In this document: positions 28,200 through 37,090 of the stretch, one piece after another
Position numbering within the stretch: position 1 is the stretch's first letter
How the letters are laid out: each line of letters opens with the position of its first letter
DNA from: Chthonomonadales bacterium
GTDB taxonomy: Bacteria; Armatimonadota; Chthonomonadetes; Chthonomonadales; CAJBBX01
NCBI GenBank assembly: GCA_046715155.1
Contig: JBKJZI010000213.1
Coordinates: 1-53,420 of the forward strand
Length of the DNA: 53,420 nt
Direction of reading: 5' to 3'
Made by a program: the position numbers and the translations under genes
Notes under the pieces: generated by a model
Told to the model about the DNA's origin: nothing
What the model saw: the letters and a program-made list of their open reading frames with translations, nothing else
Database searches by the model: none

Positions 28200-28252
28200 C
28201 ATCCAGTGTTTGAGTGAGTGCGAAAAACGTACGCTGAGTTCAAACGAAAGAA

Positions 28253-28284
28253 GCCCCGCGGCCTGATCTCCAGAGCGCGGGGGC
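28253..28284 (-). terminator. Probable intrinsic terminator of the vWA gene
   Basis: GCCCCGCG...CGCGGGGGC stem with A-rich left flank (U-rich on minus strand). Confidence 0.45.
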
Positions 28285-28303
28285 GTTCATGCGGATGCGA
28301 GTC

Positions 28304-31120
28304 TTAGTTGAGGCGGATGCTCTGGAAGATTCCGCCGTTGTCTGCTGACAGGCCCTTAAGAAGGTCCCAGCCTTTGAACTGGCCTATTGCCACGGACAGA
28401 ATCTGCGCGCGCTGGGTATTCTTGCCCTTCACATATTCTCGGAGCTGCTGGTCATCGGTGATTCCGCGATTCGGCTCTCCGTCGGTCAAAAGGAAGATGT
28501 GGCTCACGCTGTCCATGGCAAGCGCCTTCGCGAGCCCGGCCCCAAAGTCCGTCCCGTCCTCCGTATGGAGATCGTCGATGAACTTGATCGCCCTTTCGAT
28601 GTTCGCTTCGGTTGCCTTCACCATCGAGGAAGAGTATTGGCCGATATTGGCGTTAAACGTAATGATGTTGAACGTGTCCTGCGGCTGCAGCTCCAGGATG
28701 GCGTTCTTGAGGCTGCGCTTTGCCCGAGTCATCTTTGACTTGTAGTTCATCGAACCGGAGATGTCAAGCGCATACACGATATTCAGCGGACCGTCGAAGT
28801 CGGCGTCCTTGCCCTCTTTGAACGGCGTACCGCGCGGCGGAAGCCCGGTGAAGCGGAACCTCTCGCCGTCGTCCTGATTCAAGTCGGCGGTTCTCGGCTG
28901 CGCCCGTCGCGGACCGGTCACTGCCGCGACCGCGGCCCGTCCGATGCTTGAGCCTTCACCCGTTCCGGAGCCCCCAGGGCCAGGCTTTTCACCGCCCAGA
29001 CCGGGAGTTCGGGAATTGCCGCGAGGGGAGCTGCCCTCTCCACTTCCTCCGAGCCCATTCCCCGGAATCTGTCGCAGACTTGCAATGGCGTTGCCACGCT
29101 CGGCGCCCCCGCCGGGTCCGGGAACATCGCCGGGGCCGGCTTTTTCATCGCCATCCCCGATATTGCCCAGAGGGTTATCCCCGCCGGAACCACGCGCAAT
29201 GGCGCGGCCTTTGCCGCCGGTGCCGAGACCAGGACCGTCGCCCCTACCGATCCCGGCGATACCACTACCATTGCCGCTCGGCCTATCCGGTCCCTTTCCG
29301 CTGCCGCGACCGGCGCCTCGCGTGCCAGAACCAGGGCCAAAACCGGGAACGTTTCCAGTGCCTATGCCCCGTTGGTTTCCCAGACCGGCCTGCGTACCCC
29401 GGCCACCGCCTACGCCCGCCCCGGCGCCGGGGCTATCTCCGGGCAGCGCGCCACCGAGCGGATTGCTGCCGCCGATGCTTGCGACCTGCATGCGTCCGCG
29501 CCCGCCACCGGTGCCGACTCCGGACCGCCCATATCCCGCGCCCGGTCCTGGCCGATCGGATCCCATTCCATTGCCTCGGCCCGTATTCCGAACCCCCGTT
29601 CCGCGGCCGTTTCCGGGTCCGTAGCCGTAACCTAATCCGGAACGAAGACCGGCCACCGTTACGCCGCTGCCTTTGCCGCCGCCATAAACTGCGTGGCCTG
29701 CGCCGGGCCTGTCAGACGGCATAACGTCGGTGCCGAATGGGTTGTCACCGATGAGGCCTTTGGCCAGGACGGAACGTCCGCCGCCTCCGGCGCCCAGACC
29801 CTTGCGGCCGTAGCCGACGCCGTTTCCACCTGCGCCAGGAGTTTCCGCTCCGGCGGCGCTGCCGACTCGGCGTCCATTCCCGACTCCACTGCCGCGGCCA
29901 AGACCAACGCCAGGGCCTGAGACTCCGCGAACGTTCGCAAGGGCGACGCGCGTGCCGCGCCCGTTGCCAACTCCGATACCAACTCCGGGAGTATCACTTG
30001 GCAGAGCAGCCAAGCCAAGCGGATTGTCCACGCCCAGGTTGCTGGCGATCACCGACCGGCCGCCAACACCAGCGCCGCTGCCGCCGCGGCCGTACTGCAC
30101 GCCGCTGCCGCCACTGCCGGGCTGATCCGGATTAACACCTCGACCGCCTCGGGAAGCTCCAATGCCTACACCGCGGCCCGCGCCCATTCCGACGCCCTCG
30201 CTCGGGGCGGTTCGAAGCGATGCGACTGCGGCCCGATTACCCTTGCCGCCGCCGCCCGCTCCCGCGCCAAATCCCGGCGAGTCGCTGGGTGCGGATTCCG
30301 AGGAAAGTGGATTGTTGACTGAAAGGATAGAAGCGCCCCCGGGAAGGCCCGGACGGGCATCCGCGATGACCTTGTTGCCGCCGGAGCCGCCATCGTTATA
30401 CTTAATGCGAGTGGGCGCGGCTTCAGGTCCCGGCGTGCCGCCGCCAGAGCGGGGAGTAGGTCCACCAGCAGGCTCACCGGCGCCGCCGGCCAGCGGAGTC
30501 GTGCGGTCCGCTCGGGCGAAGCGAGGAGCAGCCGCTCCTTCCGGTCCACCGGAGCGGGCCGAGCGTACCGCCCGCTCTTCGGCAAGCGAATTGCGCGCAG
30601 ACGGTTCTTCAGAACGATCTGACGGCGCGCCCGCATTAGAGGGCGCGCTGGGCGCCGGCGAACGCATCGCAACAGACGTCTTGCCTGAGCGTGCATTCGC
30701 GGTCATGGGTTCGATCGAAGCAGGCGCCAGTTTGCGGCCGGAGCTTACGCTCGGCGCGCTGGCGCGGGCGGATGACTGAAGGGTGCTCCGCTTTGCCGTG
30801 CTCACTACCTGTTTGTCGAAGGTGTCCTTCGGCTCACGAGATGCTTTTGGCGTTTCCTTGGATGATGAAGGCTGATTGCGCGCGATTCGCTGAGTCTGCG
30901 GCGCAGCCTGCTTTTTCTTCTCTTCGGGCTTCTGCTCAGCCTTAGCTTCCTTCTTCGCGGGCTCGGAAGGGGTCAGCACCACTTCCAATTCTCCGCCCTC
31001 AGGAGGCCTGACTTCCGTCCGGAAGTGCCGGCTATAAGCGAGCAAACATATGTGAATGGCTATGGATACGGTGATGAACTTCCACAGCCTATCTCCGCGA
31101 TCGACTTGCATTTTGAGCAC
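28304..31120 (-). CDS. TonB/TolA-like N-terminal TM + charged linker + five Gly-rich repeats + C-terminal vWA domain
   Basis: TM VSIAIHICLL (S-x3-H); vWA MIDAS DISGS...GT...LTDG; ~94-aa repeats anchored by NP[LF]...PxDxPG. Confidence 0.85.
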   Translation of the reverse strand: MLKMQVDRGDRLWKFITVSIAIHICLLAYSRHFRTEVRPPEGGELEVVLTPSEPAKKEAKAEQKPEEKKKQAAPQTQRIARNQPSSSKETPKASREPKDTFDKQVVSTAKRSTLQSSARASAPSVSSGRKLAPASIEPMTANARSGKTSVAMRSPAPSAPSNAGAPSDRSEEPSARNSLAEERAVRSARSGGPEGAAAPRFARADRTTPLAGGAGEPAGGPTPRSGGGTPGPEAAPTRIKYNDGGSGGNKVIADARPGLPGGASILSVNNPLSSESAPSDSPGFGAGAGGGGKGNRAAVASLRTAPSEGVGMGAGRGVGIGASRGGRGVNPDQPGSGGSGVQYGRGGSGAGVGGRSVIASNLGVDNPLGLAALPSDTPGVGIGVGNGRGTRVALANVRGVSGPGVGLGRGSGVGNGRRVGSAAGAETPGAGGNGVGYGRKGLGAGGGGRSVLAKGLIGDNPFGTDVMPSDRPGAGHAVYGGGKGSGVTVAGLRSGLGYGYGPGNGRGTGVRNTGRGNGMGSDRPGPGAGYGRSGVGTGGGRGRMQVASIGGSNPLGGALPGDSPGAGAGVGGGRGTQAGLGNQRGIGTGNVPGFGPGSGTRGAGRGSGKGPDRPSGNGSGIAGIGRGDGPGLGTGGKGRAIARGSGGDNPLGNIGDGDEKAGPGDVPGPGGGAERGNAIASLRQIPGNGLGGSGEGSSPRGNSRTPGLGGEKPGPGGSGTGEGSSIGRAAVAAVTGPRRAQPRTADLNQDDGERFRFTGLPPRGTPFKEGKDADFDGPLNIVYALDISGSMNYKSKMTRAKRSLKNAILELQPQDTFNIITFNANIGQYSSSMVKATEANIERAIKFIDDLHTEDGTDFGAGLAKALAMDSVSHIFLLTDGEPNRGITDDQQLREYVKGKNTQRAQILSVAIGQFKGWDLLKGLSADNGGIFQSIRLN

Positions 31121-31277
31121 CCTTTACCGTTGCCGGGAGGTTCCCGGGGTCCATAAGGACTCGTAAGTCAATTGGAAGCCGCCTGCTTTCCCGCGGAACG
31201 GCCGGGACCAGGGTAGCGGCTTTATGACTACCCTCTTTTCACCTTTACGACTAGCTAAGCAATAATTCCTACCTGCT

Positions 31278-31341
31278 TCGGGTATCGGGTTTCGGGTATC
31301 GGGTCTAAGGATAAACCGATACCCGATACCCGATGCCCGAT
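31278..31341. repeat. Inverted heptamer arrays (TCGGGTA)4...(ACCCGAT)4, intergenic
   Basis: tcgggta tcgggtt tcgggta tcgggtc ... aaccgat acccgat acccgat gcccgat, abutting the exbD stop. Confidence 0.9.
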
Positions 31342-31806
31342 TTACGGAATCGGAGCGGGAGGTGGCGCTGCCGGCGCCTGGGCCGCTTCCGTGCGTTTCG
31401 GATCGGTGGGCAGCACGACGCGGGTCAACCCCGCTTGCCGCACCATGTCCATTACTTCCATGACCTTGGCGTACTGAACGTTGCGGTCGCCTTTTACGAG
31501 GATCCGGGCCTCTTTGTTGGTAGCCGCGATTCCGCGCAGGTGCGACTGGACCTGGTCAGTGGTCTGCTCTTTGCCGTCCAGGTACATCTTGCCGTCAGCT
31601 GTAACGTTGATCGTAAGGTCCTTATTGGTCTCCGGCGTGCCTTCACGCGTGGCAGTCTCGGGCAGCTTGAGGGCCACGCCGGGATGCTTGATGAAGGCGG
31701 TAGTGACCATCAGGATAATCAGTAGAGTCAGCGCAATGTCGATGAGCGGAATCATATTCATCTCCGCCATCGGCTCGTCACTGTCATCGTGAATTCCGTG
31801 GGCCAT
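31342..31806 (-). CDS. exbD: ExbD/TolR family protein
   Basis: EMNMIPLIDIALTLLIILMV with conserved Asp; VKGDRNVQYAKVMEVMD. Confidence 0.92.
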   Translation of the reverse strand: MAHGIHDDSDEPMAEMNMIPLIDIALTLLIILMVTTAFIKHPGVALKLPETATREGTPETNKDLTINVTADGKMYLDGKEQTTDQVQSHLRGIAATNKEARILVKGDRNVQYAKVMEVMDMVRQAGLTRVVLPTDPKRTEAAQAPAAPPPAPIP

Positions 31807-31808
31807 GA

Positions 31809-32441
31809 CTACGCCTCGACTTTCTCACGGACCGAACTGGTGTTGCGATGACCGGCAAGGTACGGCGTCAGCCGGGCGACGTGCGAGTGGATCTGCATGA
31901 ACTGGTGCGCGACCCTGCCGACCAGGAAGTTGTAGAACAGAACGGCAGGGATGGCGACGAGTAGTCCGACGGCGGTAGCTGCCAGCGCCTCGGAAATGCC
32001 GGCAGCCATCATTTCACCGCTGAGCCCGGAGCTCGCCATTCCGCGGAATGCCGTCATGACGCCGATAACCGTTCCGAACAGCCCGACGAACGGGGCGGTT
32101 GAACCGATGGTGGCCAGCGCTGACAGGTAGCGGCGCAGCCGAAGGCGCTGCATGGAGAGCGCGATGTCCGCCGCCTGGTTGATCATCTCCTCGCTCGCGC
32201 CGCGAAGGCGGCTGAGCTGGGTCATTACCTGGGTGACGGGCGCGGAGGCGATCTCCGGGTCCCGGAGCCCGGCCTCATCGGGCTTGTCCATAGACATCTG
32301 GAGCACCATAAACGCGCGCTCCTCCACTCTCTTCAGTCGAGCAAGCGTATAGAGCCGCTCGAGCACCACGCCCAACGCCAGGACGGACATGAAGCCGAGC
32401 GGCCATGCGACGGTTCCCGCTTCCCTAAACAGTTGCAACAT
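31809..32441 (-). CDS. exbB: MotA/TolQ/ExbB proton channel protein
   Basis: LATIGSTAPFVGLFGTVIG; GISEALAATAVGLLVAIPA. Confidence 0.92.
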   Translation of the reverse strand: MLQLFREAGTVAWPLGFMSVLALGVVLERLYTLARLKRVEERAFMVLQMSMDKPDEAGLRDPEIASAPVTQVMTQLSRLRGASEEMINQAADIALSMQRLRLRRYLSALATIGSTAPFVGLFGTVIGVMTAFRGMASSGLSGEMMAAGISEALAATAVGLLVAIPAVLFYNFLVGRVAHQFMQIHSHVARLTPYLAGHRNTSSVREKVEA

Positions 32442-32542
32442 AAGATTTCACACCTTTATCGAGATCGTTGGGGACTTTGTCCCCATGGACTTAGATTCCG
32501 ACACATATCGTCTGGAGGTCTTTGACGTCCAACCTCACAAGA

Positions 32543-34786
32543 TCAGTTAGAGCCGCCCGCTACGGCGCGAAGCGCTGCGAGCCGCAGGCGCGCGTTCTTC
32601 ACGCGCTCCTGGTTCGGGTAGTTCGAGTATTTCGCAACGAAGCGATCGAGCCGCTGGATGGCTTCGGTCTTTTTGCCGGCCTTGTCCAGCGAGACGCCGC
32701 CCCAATAGAGCGCCTCCGGGATCAACTCGCCCGCGTCAGCCGTTTGAGACACCGTGTCCAGCTCCGCCGCGGCCTCCGCGAACTTGCTCAAGTTGTAATA
32801 GGCAAGACCCATGCGGAATCGAGCTTCGGTTGCCAGAGCATGCTTGGGGAAGTCGGCGAGTACCTGCGCGTACTTGTCGCGAGCCTCCTCGTGCTTCTCC
32901 GCCTTAGCGCGGGCTTCACCGATATAGAACAGCGCGTCGGCGGCATAGTTATTCTTCGCGAACTCCCGCGCCAGCCGTTCCCAGATCGGGAGCGCCAGTT
33001 CGGGCTTCTGCTTGCCCTTTTGCTGAATCCACGCCTGGGTGAAGAGCACCGTCGCGGTGGTTTCCGGATTCGGGTTCATGCGAAGGAGCGTTTCGGCGCC
33101 TTCCAGCGCCGGGTCCCACTTCTTTAGGTCGAGCTGGGCCTGCACGAGGGCAAGGCGAACCTGCTGTTCCAGCTTCGATTCCGGCTTGTGCGCCAGGGCT
33201 TTTGTCGCCGCGGATTCCGCGTTCGCGGGCTGTTTCAGATCGAGATACAGCCACGCCAATCGGCCGTACGCATCCGCGGCCCACGTGGCGCTGCTGCCCC
33301 GCTCGACGGCCTCGGAAAGCGCCGCAGCGGCGGGCTGCGTCTTGTTCTGGGCCTCGTATGCCAGACCGGTGATGTAGTTCGCTTCAGCCGAGTTCTTGGT
33401 CAAGGAGGCTACTGCCTGGATGGCCTGATCGTACGCCTTCGCGGCGATGTGCAGCTTGCCCAGTCTAATCTGGCCGGCCGCCCTGTCTTCAGCAGGGACG
33501 CTGTTCAGGACCGTCGCAAGGAGCTTCGGATCGTCAATAGATGCGACCAACTCAACTAGAGCTTTGCGCGCTTCGGCAGCCTGCGGAGTCTGCGTGTACT
33601 TGTCGATGGTCGCCCGGTAAGCGATGGCCGCCCTATCGATCTGATTTGCGCTCTCCAGCGATTCCGCCATGCGGAACTGCGCCTTGGGGGCCAGCTCATG
33701 CTTGGGATACTTGGAGACTACGGCGCTGAACTGTTCGGCCGCATCCTGCGGCTTCTTCAACGCGAGCGCGGAATTGGCCGCCCAGTAGTGCGATTCCGCA
33801 ACGACGTTCCCCTCACTCGACTTTGCGGCGTCCAGGTAAGACGTCCACGCTCGGTCAAACTGCTTGAGGTGATACCGCGCATGGCCGAGGGCCACGAGAG
33901 CGCGGAATCGCATCGGGTCGCCGGCCGGAATCCTCCCAAGTGCTTTCTCCAGATAAGGAGCGGCCGCCGCATATTCGCCCGCCTGCAGCATGGACTGGAT
34001 CACTCCGTCCTCTGCCTCGCGGAGAATTTCGCCGCCCGCGGTCTTGACCGCGGAATCGTTGAGCATCGCCTCGAAGCCGACGCGCGCTTCCTTGTATTTC
34101 TTCGCTTCCAGGTCCATCTGGGCGAGGATCAACATGGCCCGAGGACGGTCTTCGCTCTTACGATAGTTGTTGACCAGGGTCTGGAATCGGCTGCGAGCGA
34201 CCTCGTTCTTCTTTTGCTTCAACGCTGAGAGTCCGGCCTGAAAATAGGCAGCGTCTACGAAGTCCACCTTCGGATAGTCACGCGTAACGCGATCGAAGGC
34301 CGATTCCGCCGTGGCGAAATTGTCCTGGTCGTAATAGGACTGACCCAGCCAGTACCAGGCGAAGGCCGCCTGCTCGGGCTTGAGCTGACCTTTAAGGGCC
34401 CCTTCGAGCGCGACGCCAGCCTTGTCATACTGTTTGGCGGCCATGGCGGCTTCACCAAGGCCAAGCTGGAGCGTTGTCTTGAGAAGAGGGTCTTTGGCTG
34501 CAGCGGGCGTGCCAAGTCCGCGGTCATATGCGGCCATCGCCTGCGGATAGTGCTTGAGCTCCATCCGGGCTTTGCCGAGTGCGAGTGCCGCTATGCCGGC
34601 CTTTGAGTGGTTCGGCGCGGCGGCAAAAAACTGGTCCAGACGCTTGGCGGCGTCTTCGAAACGCTTCTCCCCATAGAGGGCTGAGGCGGCCGCCAGGTGC
34701 TCTTCGGGCGATACTCCCTGTGCCAGGGTTGGGAGACCGGAAAGCGCCAGGCTGAACAATACCAGGATAGTCGAGAATCTACGCAT
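32543..34786 (-). CDS. Secreted multi-TPR protein (CpoB/BamD-like repeats)
   Basis: GGAG RBS before MRRFSTILVLF signal peptide; many TPRs with YPK/FPK...A motifs. Confidence 0.88.
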   Translation of the reverse strand: MRRFSTILVLFSLALSGLPTLAQGVSPEEHLAAASALYGEKRFEDAAKRLDQFFAAAPNHSKAGIAALALGKARMELKHYPQAMAAYDRGLGTPAAAKDPLLKTTLQLGLGEAAMAAKQYDKAGVALEGALKGQLKPEQAAFAWYWLGQSYYDQDNFATAESAFDRVTRDYPKVDFVDAAYFQAGLSALKQKKNEVARSRFQTLVNNYRKSEDRPRAMLILAQMDLEAKKYKEARVGFEAMLNDSAVKTAGGEILREAEDGVIQSMLQAGEYAAAAPYLEKALGRIPAGDPMRFRALVALGHARYHLKQFDRAWTSYLDAAKSSEGNVVAESHYWAANSALALKKPQDAAEQFSAVVSKYPKHELAPKAQFRMAESLESANQIDRAAIAYRATIDKYTQTPQAAEARKALVELVASIDDPKLLATVLNSVPAEDRAAGQIRLGKLHIAAKAYDQAIQAVASLTKNSAEANYITGLAYEAQNKTQPAAAALSEAVERGSSATWAADAYGRLAWLYLDLKQPANAESAATKALAHKPESKLEQQVRLALVQAQLDLKKWDPALEGAETLLRMNPNPETTATVLFTQAWIQQKGKQKPELALPIWERLAREFAKNNYAADALFYIGEARAKAEKHEEARDKYAQVLADFPKHALATEARFRMGLAYYNLSKFAEAAAELDTVSQTADAGELIPEALYWGGVSLDKAGKKTEAIQRLDRFVAKYSNYPNQERVKNARLRLAALRAVAGGSN

Positions 34787-35340
34787 GGTTTTGGCTCCGA
34801 TAGTACAGATCACCACGTTATTCCACAACAACCCGCTACTCCGCCCCCGGCGGATTCACGGTATTGAGAATAGTGGCAACTTACGACAAGGTCCGAATAC
34901 GGACGTCGGTCTGGACACGGTGAGCAGTTTTGCCGCTGAGATAGCCAGCGAACGGCTAACTAAGGGTGAAGCGCCGGATTCCCGCGGTGGGGCTAGCGGT
35001 AAGGCCGGAGTGCAAGGTGGTGCTGCGCGTATCCAACCTCATCCGTGTTAAGAACACGGTAATGGTACTAGGGTTTCTGAAGGCCGTCAAGCAAGCAGGG
35101 AGATCGGCTCCAGGGCCCTGTTTTCGGCTCGCCCAGGGTCAAGCCCGCAGGTCGGCCGGGAAAATCGTTACTGTTGTGTTGTCGAAGACGAGCCTCCCGC
35201 AGAGATTGTTCCGCATTGTTGCTGGTATCTTCACCAGGTTTTTTTCGGAGATTGTTGAGCGTTTATGTAGGGCGCACTTACTTACGGGGACGACGGAAAA
35301 GACGACGGGGTTCTACAAAACCGCCTCGCGGCGCCATTTC

Positions 35341-35388
35341 AATAAATAAAACGGGCAGCAGGCGAGTACGTGACTCGTCTGCTGCCCG
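35341..35388 (-). terminator. Intrinsic terminator of the efflux operon
   Basis: CGGGCAGCAGGCGAGT-5nt-ACTCGTCTGCTGCCCG stem followed on the minus strand by TTTTATTTATT. Confidence 0.8.
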
Positions 35389-35396
35389 CAGTACTT

Positions 35397-35474
35397 TGTG
35401 GGTGTATGGGTGTGTGGGTGAAAGGACCAATTACGATTGCGATGACGATTCACCCATACACCCACACGCCTAAA
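35397..35474. repeat. Inverted octamer arrays (TGTGGGTG)3...(CACCCACA)3 with nested hexamer repeat
   Basis: tgtgggtg tatgggtg tgtgggtg ... attacg attgcg atgacg att cacccata cacccaca cgcctaaa. Confidence 0.85.
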
Positions 35475-35481
35475 CAATCCC

Positions 35482-36237
35482 TTATGCTGTGACCAACTCC
35501 TCTTCATCCTCGTCCGGGATCATCTCCGCAAGCTGCCTCTCGGCGTCTACAGGATGCTCCACTATTTCGTCGCTAATAATATGTCCGTCCTTGAACCGGA
35601 GAATGCGTTTACAGTGCTCGGCGATCTCTTGCTCGTGCGTAACGATGACGACGGTCTTGCCGTCGCGATTCAACCGCTGGAAGATCGCCATGATCTCAGC
35701 GCCGGTGCGGCTGTCGAGGTTACCAGTCGGCTCATCGCCGAAGATGATGGGCGGGTCGTTTACCAGAGCGCGTGCGATTGCGACGCGCTGCTGCTGGCCG
35801 CCGGAGAGCTCGTTGGGCCGGTGGTCCATACGGTCCGTCAATCCCACTATCTCGATGGCCTTCTTGGCGATCTGCTCGCGATTACGCGTGCCGCTATAAA
35901 GCAGCGGCAGCTCGACGTTGCGCAAAGCTGTGGTCCGCGCCAACAAGTTGAACTGCTGAAAGACGAAGCCGATCTTGCGATTCCGGATCTCAGCTAGCTG
36001 GTTGTCGTTCAGCTTCGCAACCTCGATTCCGTCCAGGCGATAGGAGCCGCCGGTCGGCTTATCCAGACAGCCGATCAGATTCATAAAGGTCGATTTGCCG
36101 GACCCGGACGGACCCATGATGGCGACGAATTCGCCGTGATGGATGTTAATGGTCACGTGCTTGAGCGCCCGGACCTCCATCTTGCCCATCTTGTAGGTCT
36201 TGCTGATATCCCGGACGTCGATTAAGGGTTCGCTCAT
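35482..36237 (-). CDS. MacB/LolD-type ABC transporter ATPase
   Basis: GPSGSGKST; LSGGQQQRVAIARAL; DEPTGNLD; VTHE. Confidence 0.95.
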   Translation of the reverse strand: MSEPLIDVRDISKTYKMGKMEVRALKHVTINIHHGEFVAIMGPSGSGKSTFMNLIGCLDKPTGGSYRLDGIEVAKLNDNQLAEIRNRKIGFVFQQFNLLARTTALRNVELPLLYSGTRNREQIAKKAIEIVGLTDRMDHRPNELSGGQQQRVAIARALVNDPPIIFGDEPTGNLDSRTGAEIMAIFQRLNRDGKTVVIVTHEQEIAEHCKRILRFKDGHIISDEIVEHPVDAERQLAEMIPDEDEEELVTA

Positions 36238-36245
36238 GGCTTCAG

Positions 36246-36325
36246 TTTGGAAGTGTGGAGGTGTGGAAGAGTGGAAGAGTGGAAGAGCTCAGTCTTCCAT
36301 ACCTCCACAAATCCACACTTCCATA
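36246..36325. repeat. Inverted octamer arrays (AGTGGAAG)5...(CTTCCACA)4, intergenic
   Basis: tttggaag tgtggagg tgtggaag agtggaag agtggaag ... cttccata cctccaca aatccaca cttccata. Confidence 0.88.
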
Positions 36326-36331
36326 CTCGTT

Positions 36332-37018
36332 TTACTTCGCGCGCTCTTCCAGCGTGGCAACCATCTTATTGAAGCGGGTCAACATCTCGGCCCTGCGGTC
36401 TGCGGGCATCATTTTGAAAAAGGGATTGCTCTCCGGATTCAGCGGGTTGAATGGCTTGGGGTCCGGCATTCGGAATCCGCCCGCGCCTCCAGGACCGCCG
36501 GCCCCGCCCGGACCGCCGCCGGGCCGACCGCCGCCGAATCCAGCTCCTCCAAATCCGCCACCACCGCCGCCGCCGCGGCCACCACCGCCACCGCCACCGC
36601 CGAATCCGCCGCCGCCACCACGCCCGCCACGGCCTTCATTCTGGCTGATAGCTTTCAGCTGGGATTCGTTCAAAGGAGCAGTTAACTGCACCAGTACCTT
36701 GCGGGCCTGTTCGTTGTTCATAACCGGCTTGCGGCGCCAGGTCTTTACAACCGCGAGGACCTTGCGCGCTTGATCCTTGTTGAGCTTGGTCTTGGGATTC
36801 TCCTCAAGTCCCCGGAACTTTCGGAAGGTGGTTCCCACCTGATATACATTTTTGTTGGCGTCGCGGAACTTTCGCATCTTCGCAAACTGCGCCCGCATCT
36901 CGGGCGTAGGCGTGAAGCCGCCGCCACCGCCCTGTCCGCCCGGCGGCTGCGCCCGCGCGGCCGGCGCCAGAACGAACATTGCCGCCGCGGGCAACATCAT
37001 CTTCAGTACGCGATTCAT
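36332..37018 (-). CDS. Secreted basic helical protein with Gly-rich tracts (hypothetical)
   Basis: AAGGAG RBS; signal peptide ending ARA-Q; LNKDQARK / MNNEQARK / LNESQLKA helical motifs. Confidence 0.75.
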   Translation of the reverse strand: MNRVLKMMLPAAAMFVLAPAARAQPPGGQGGGGGFTPTPEMRAQFAKMRKFRDANKNVYQVGTTFRKFRGLEENPKTKLNKDQARKVLAVVKTWRRKPVMNNEQARKVLVQLTAPLNESQLKAISQNEGRGGRGGGGGFGGGGGGGGRGGGGGGGFGGAGFGGGRPGGGPGGAGGPGGAGGFRMPDPKPFNPLNPESNPFFKMMPADRRAEMLTRFNKMVATLEERAK

Positions 37019-37044
37019 ATTGTTCTCCTTGTTGAATCAGGTAA

Positions 37045-37090
37045 GTGCTGCGCGTTGAATGAGTACTCACGCATCACGCAGCACGCAGTA
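37045..37090. repeat. Degenerate inverted heptamer element (GTGCTGC)...(ACGCAGC)3, intergenic
   Basis: gtgctgc gcgttga ... acgcatc acgcagc acgcagt, abutting the permease stop. Confidence 0.65.

Noticed and set aside
28944-30779. Pro-rich plus-strand ORFs (also 36255..36773)
   Set aside because: Reverse complements of Gly-rich coding sequence
34830-35340. Possible riboswitch or ORF in the long region upstream of the TPR gene
   Set aside because: No cobalamin, c-di-GMP or other consensus could be matched by eye; ORFs 34966..35349 and others lack recognisable features
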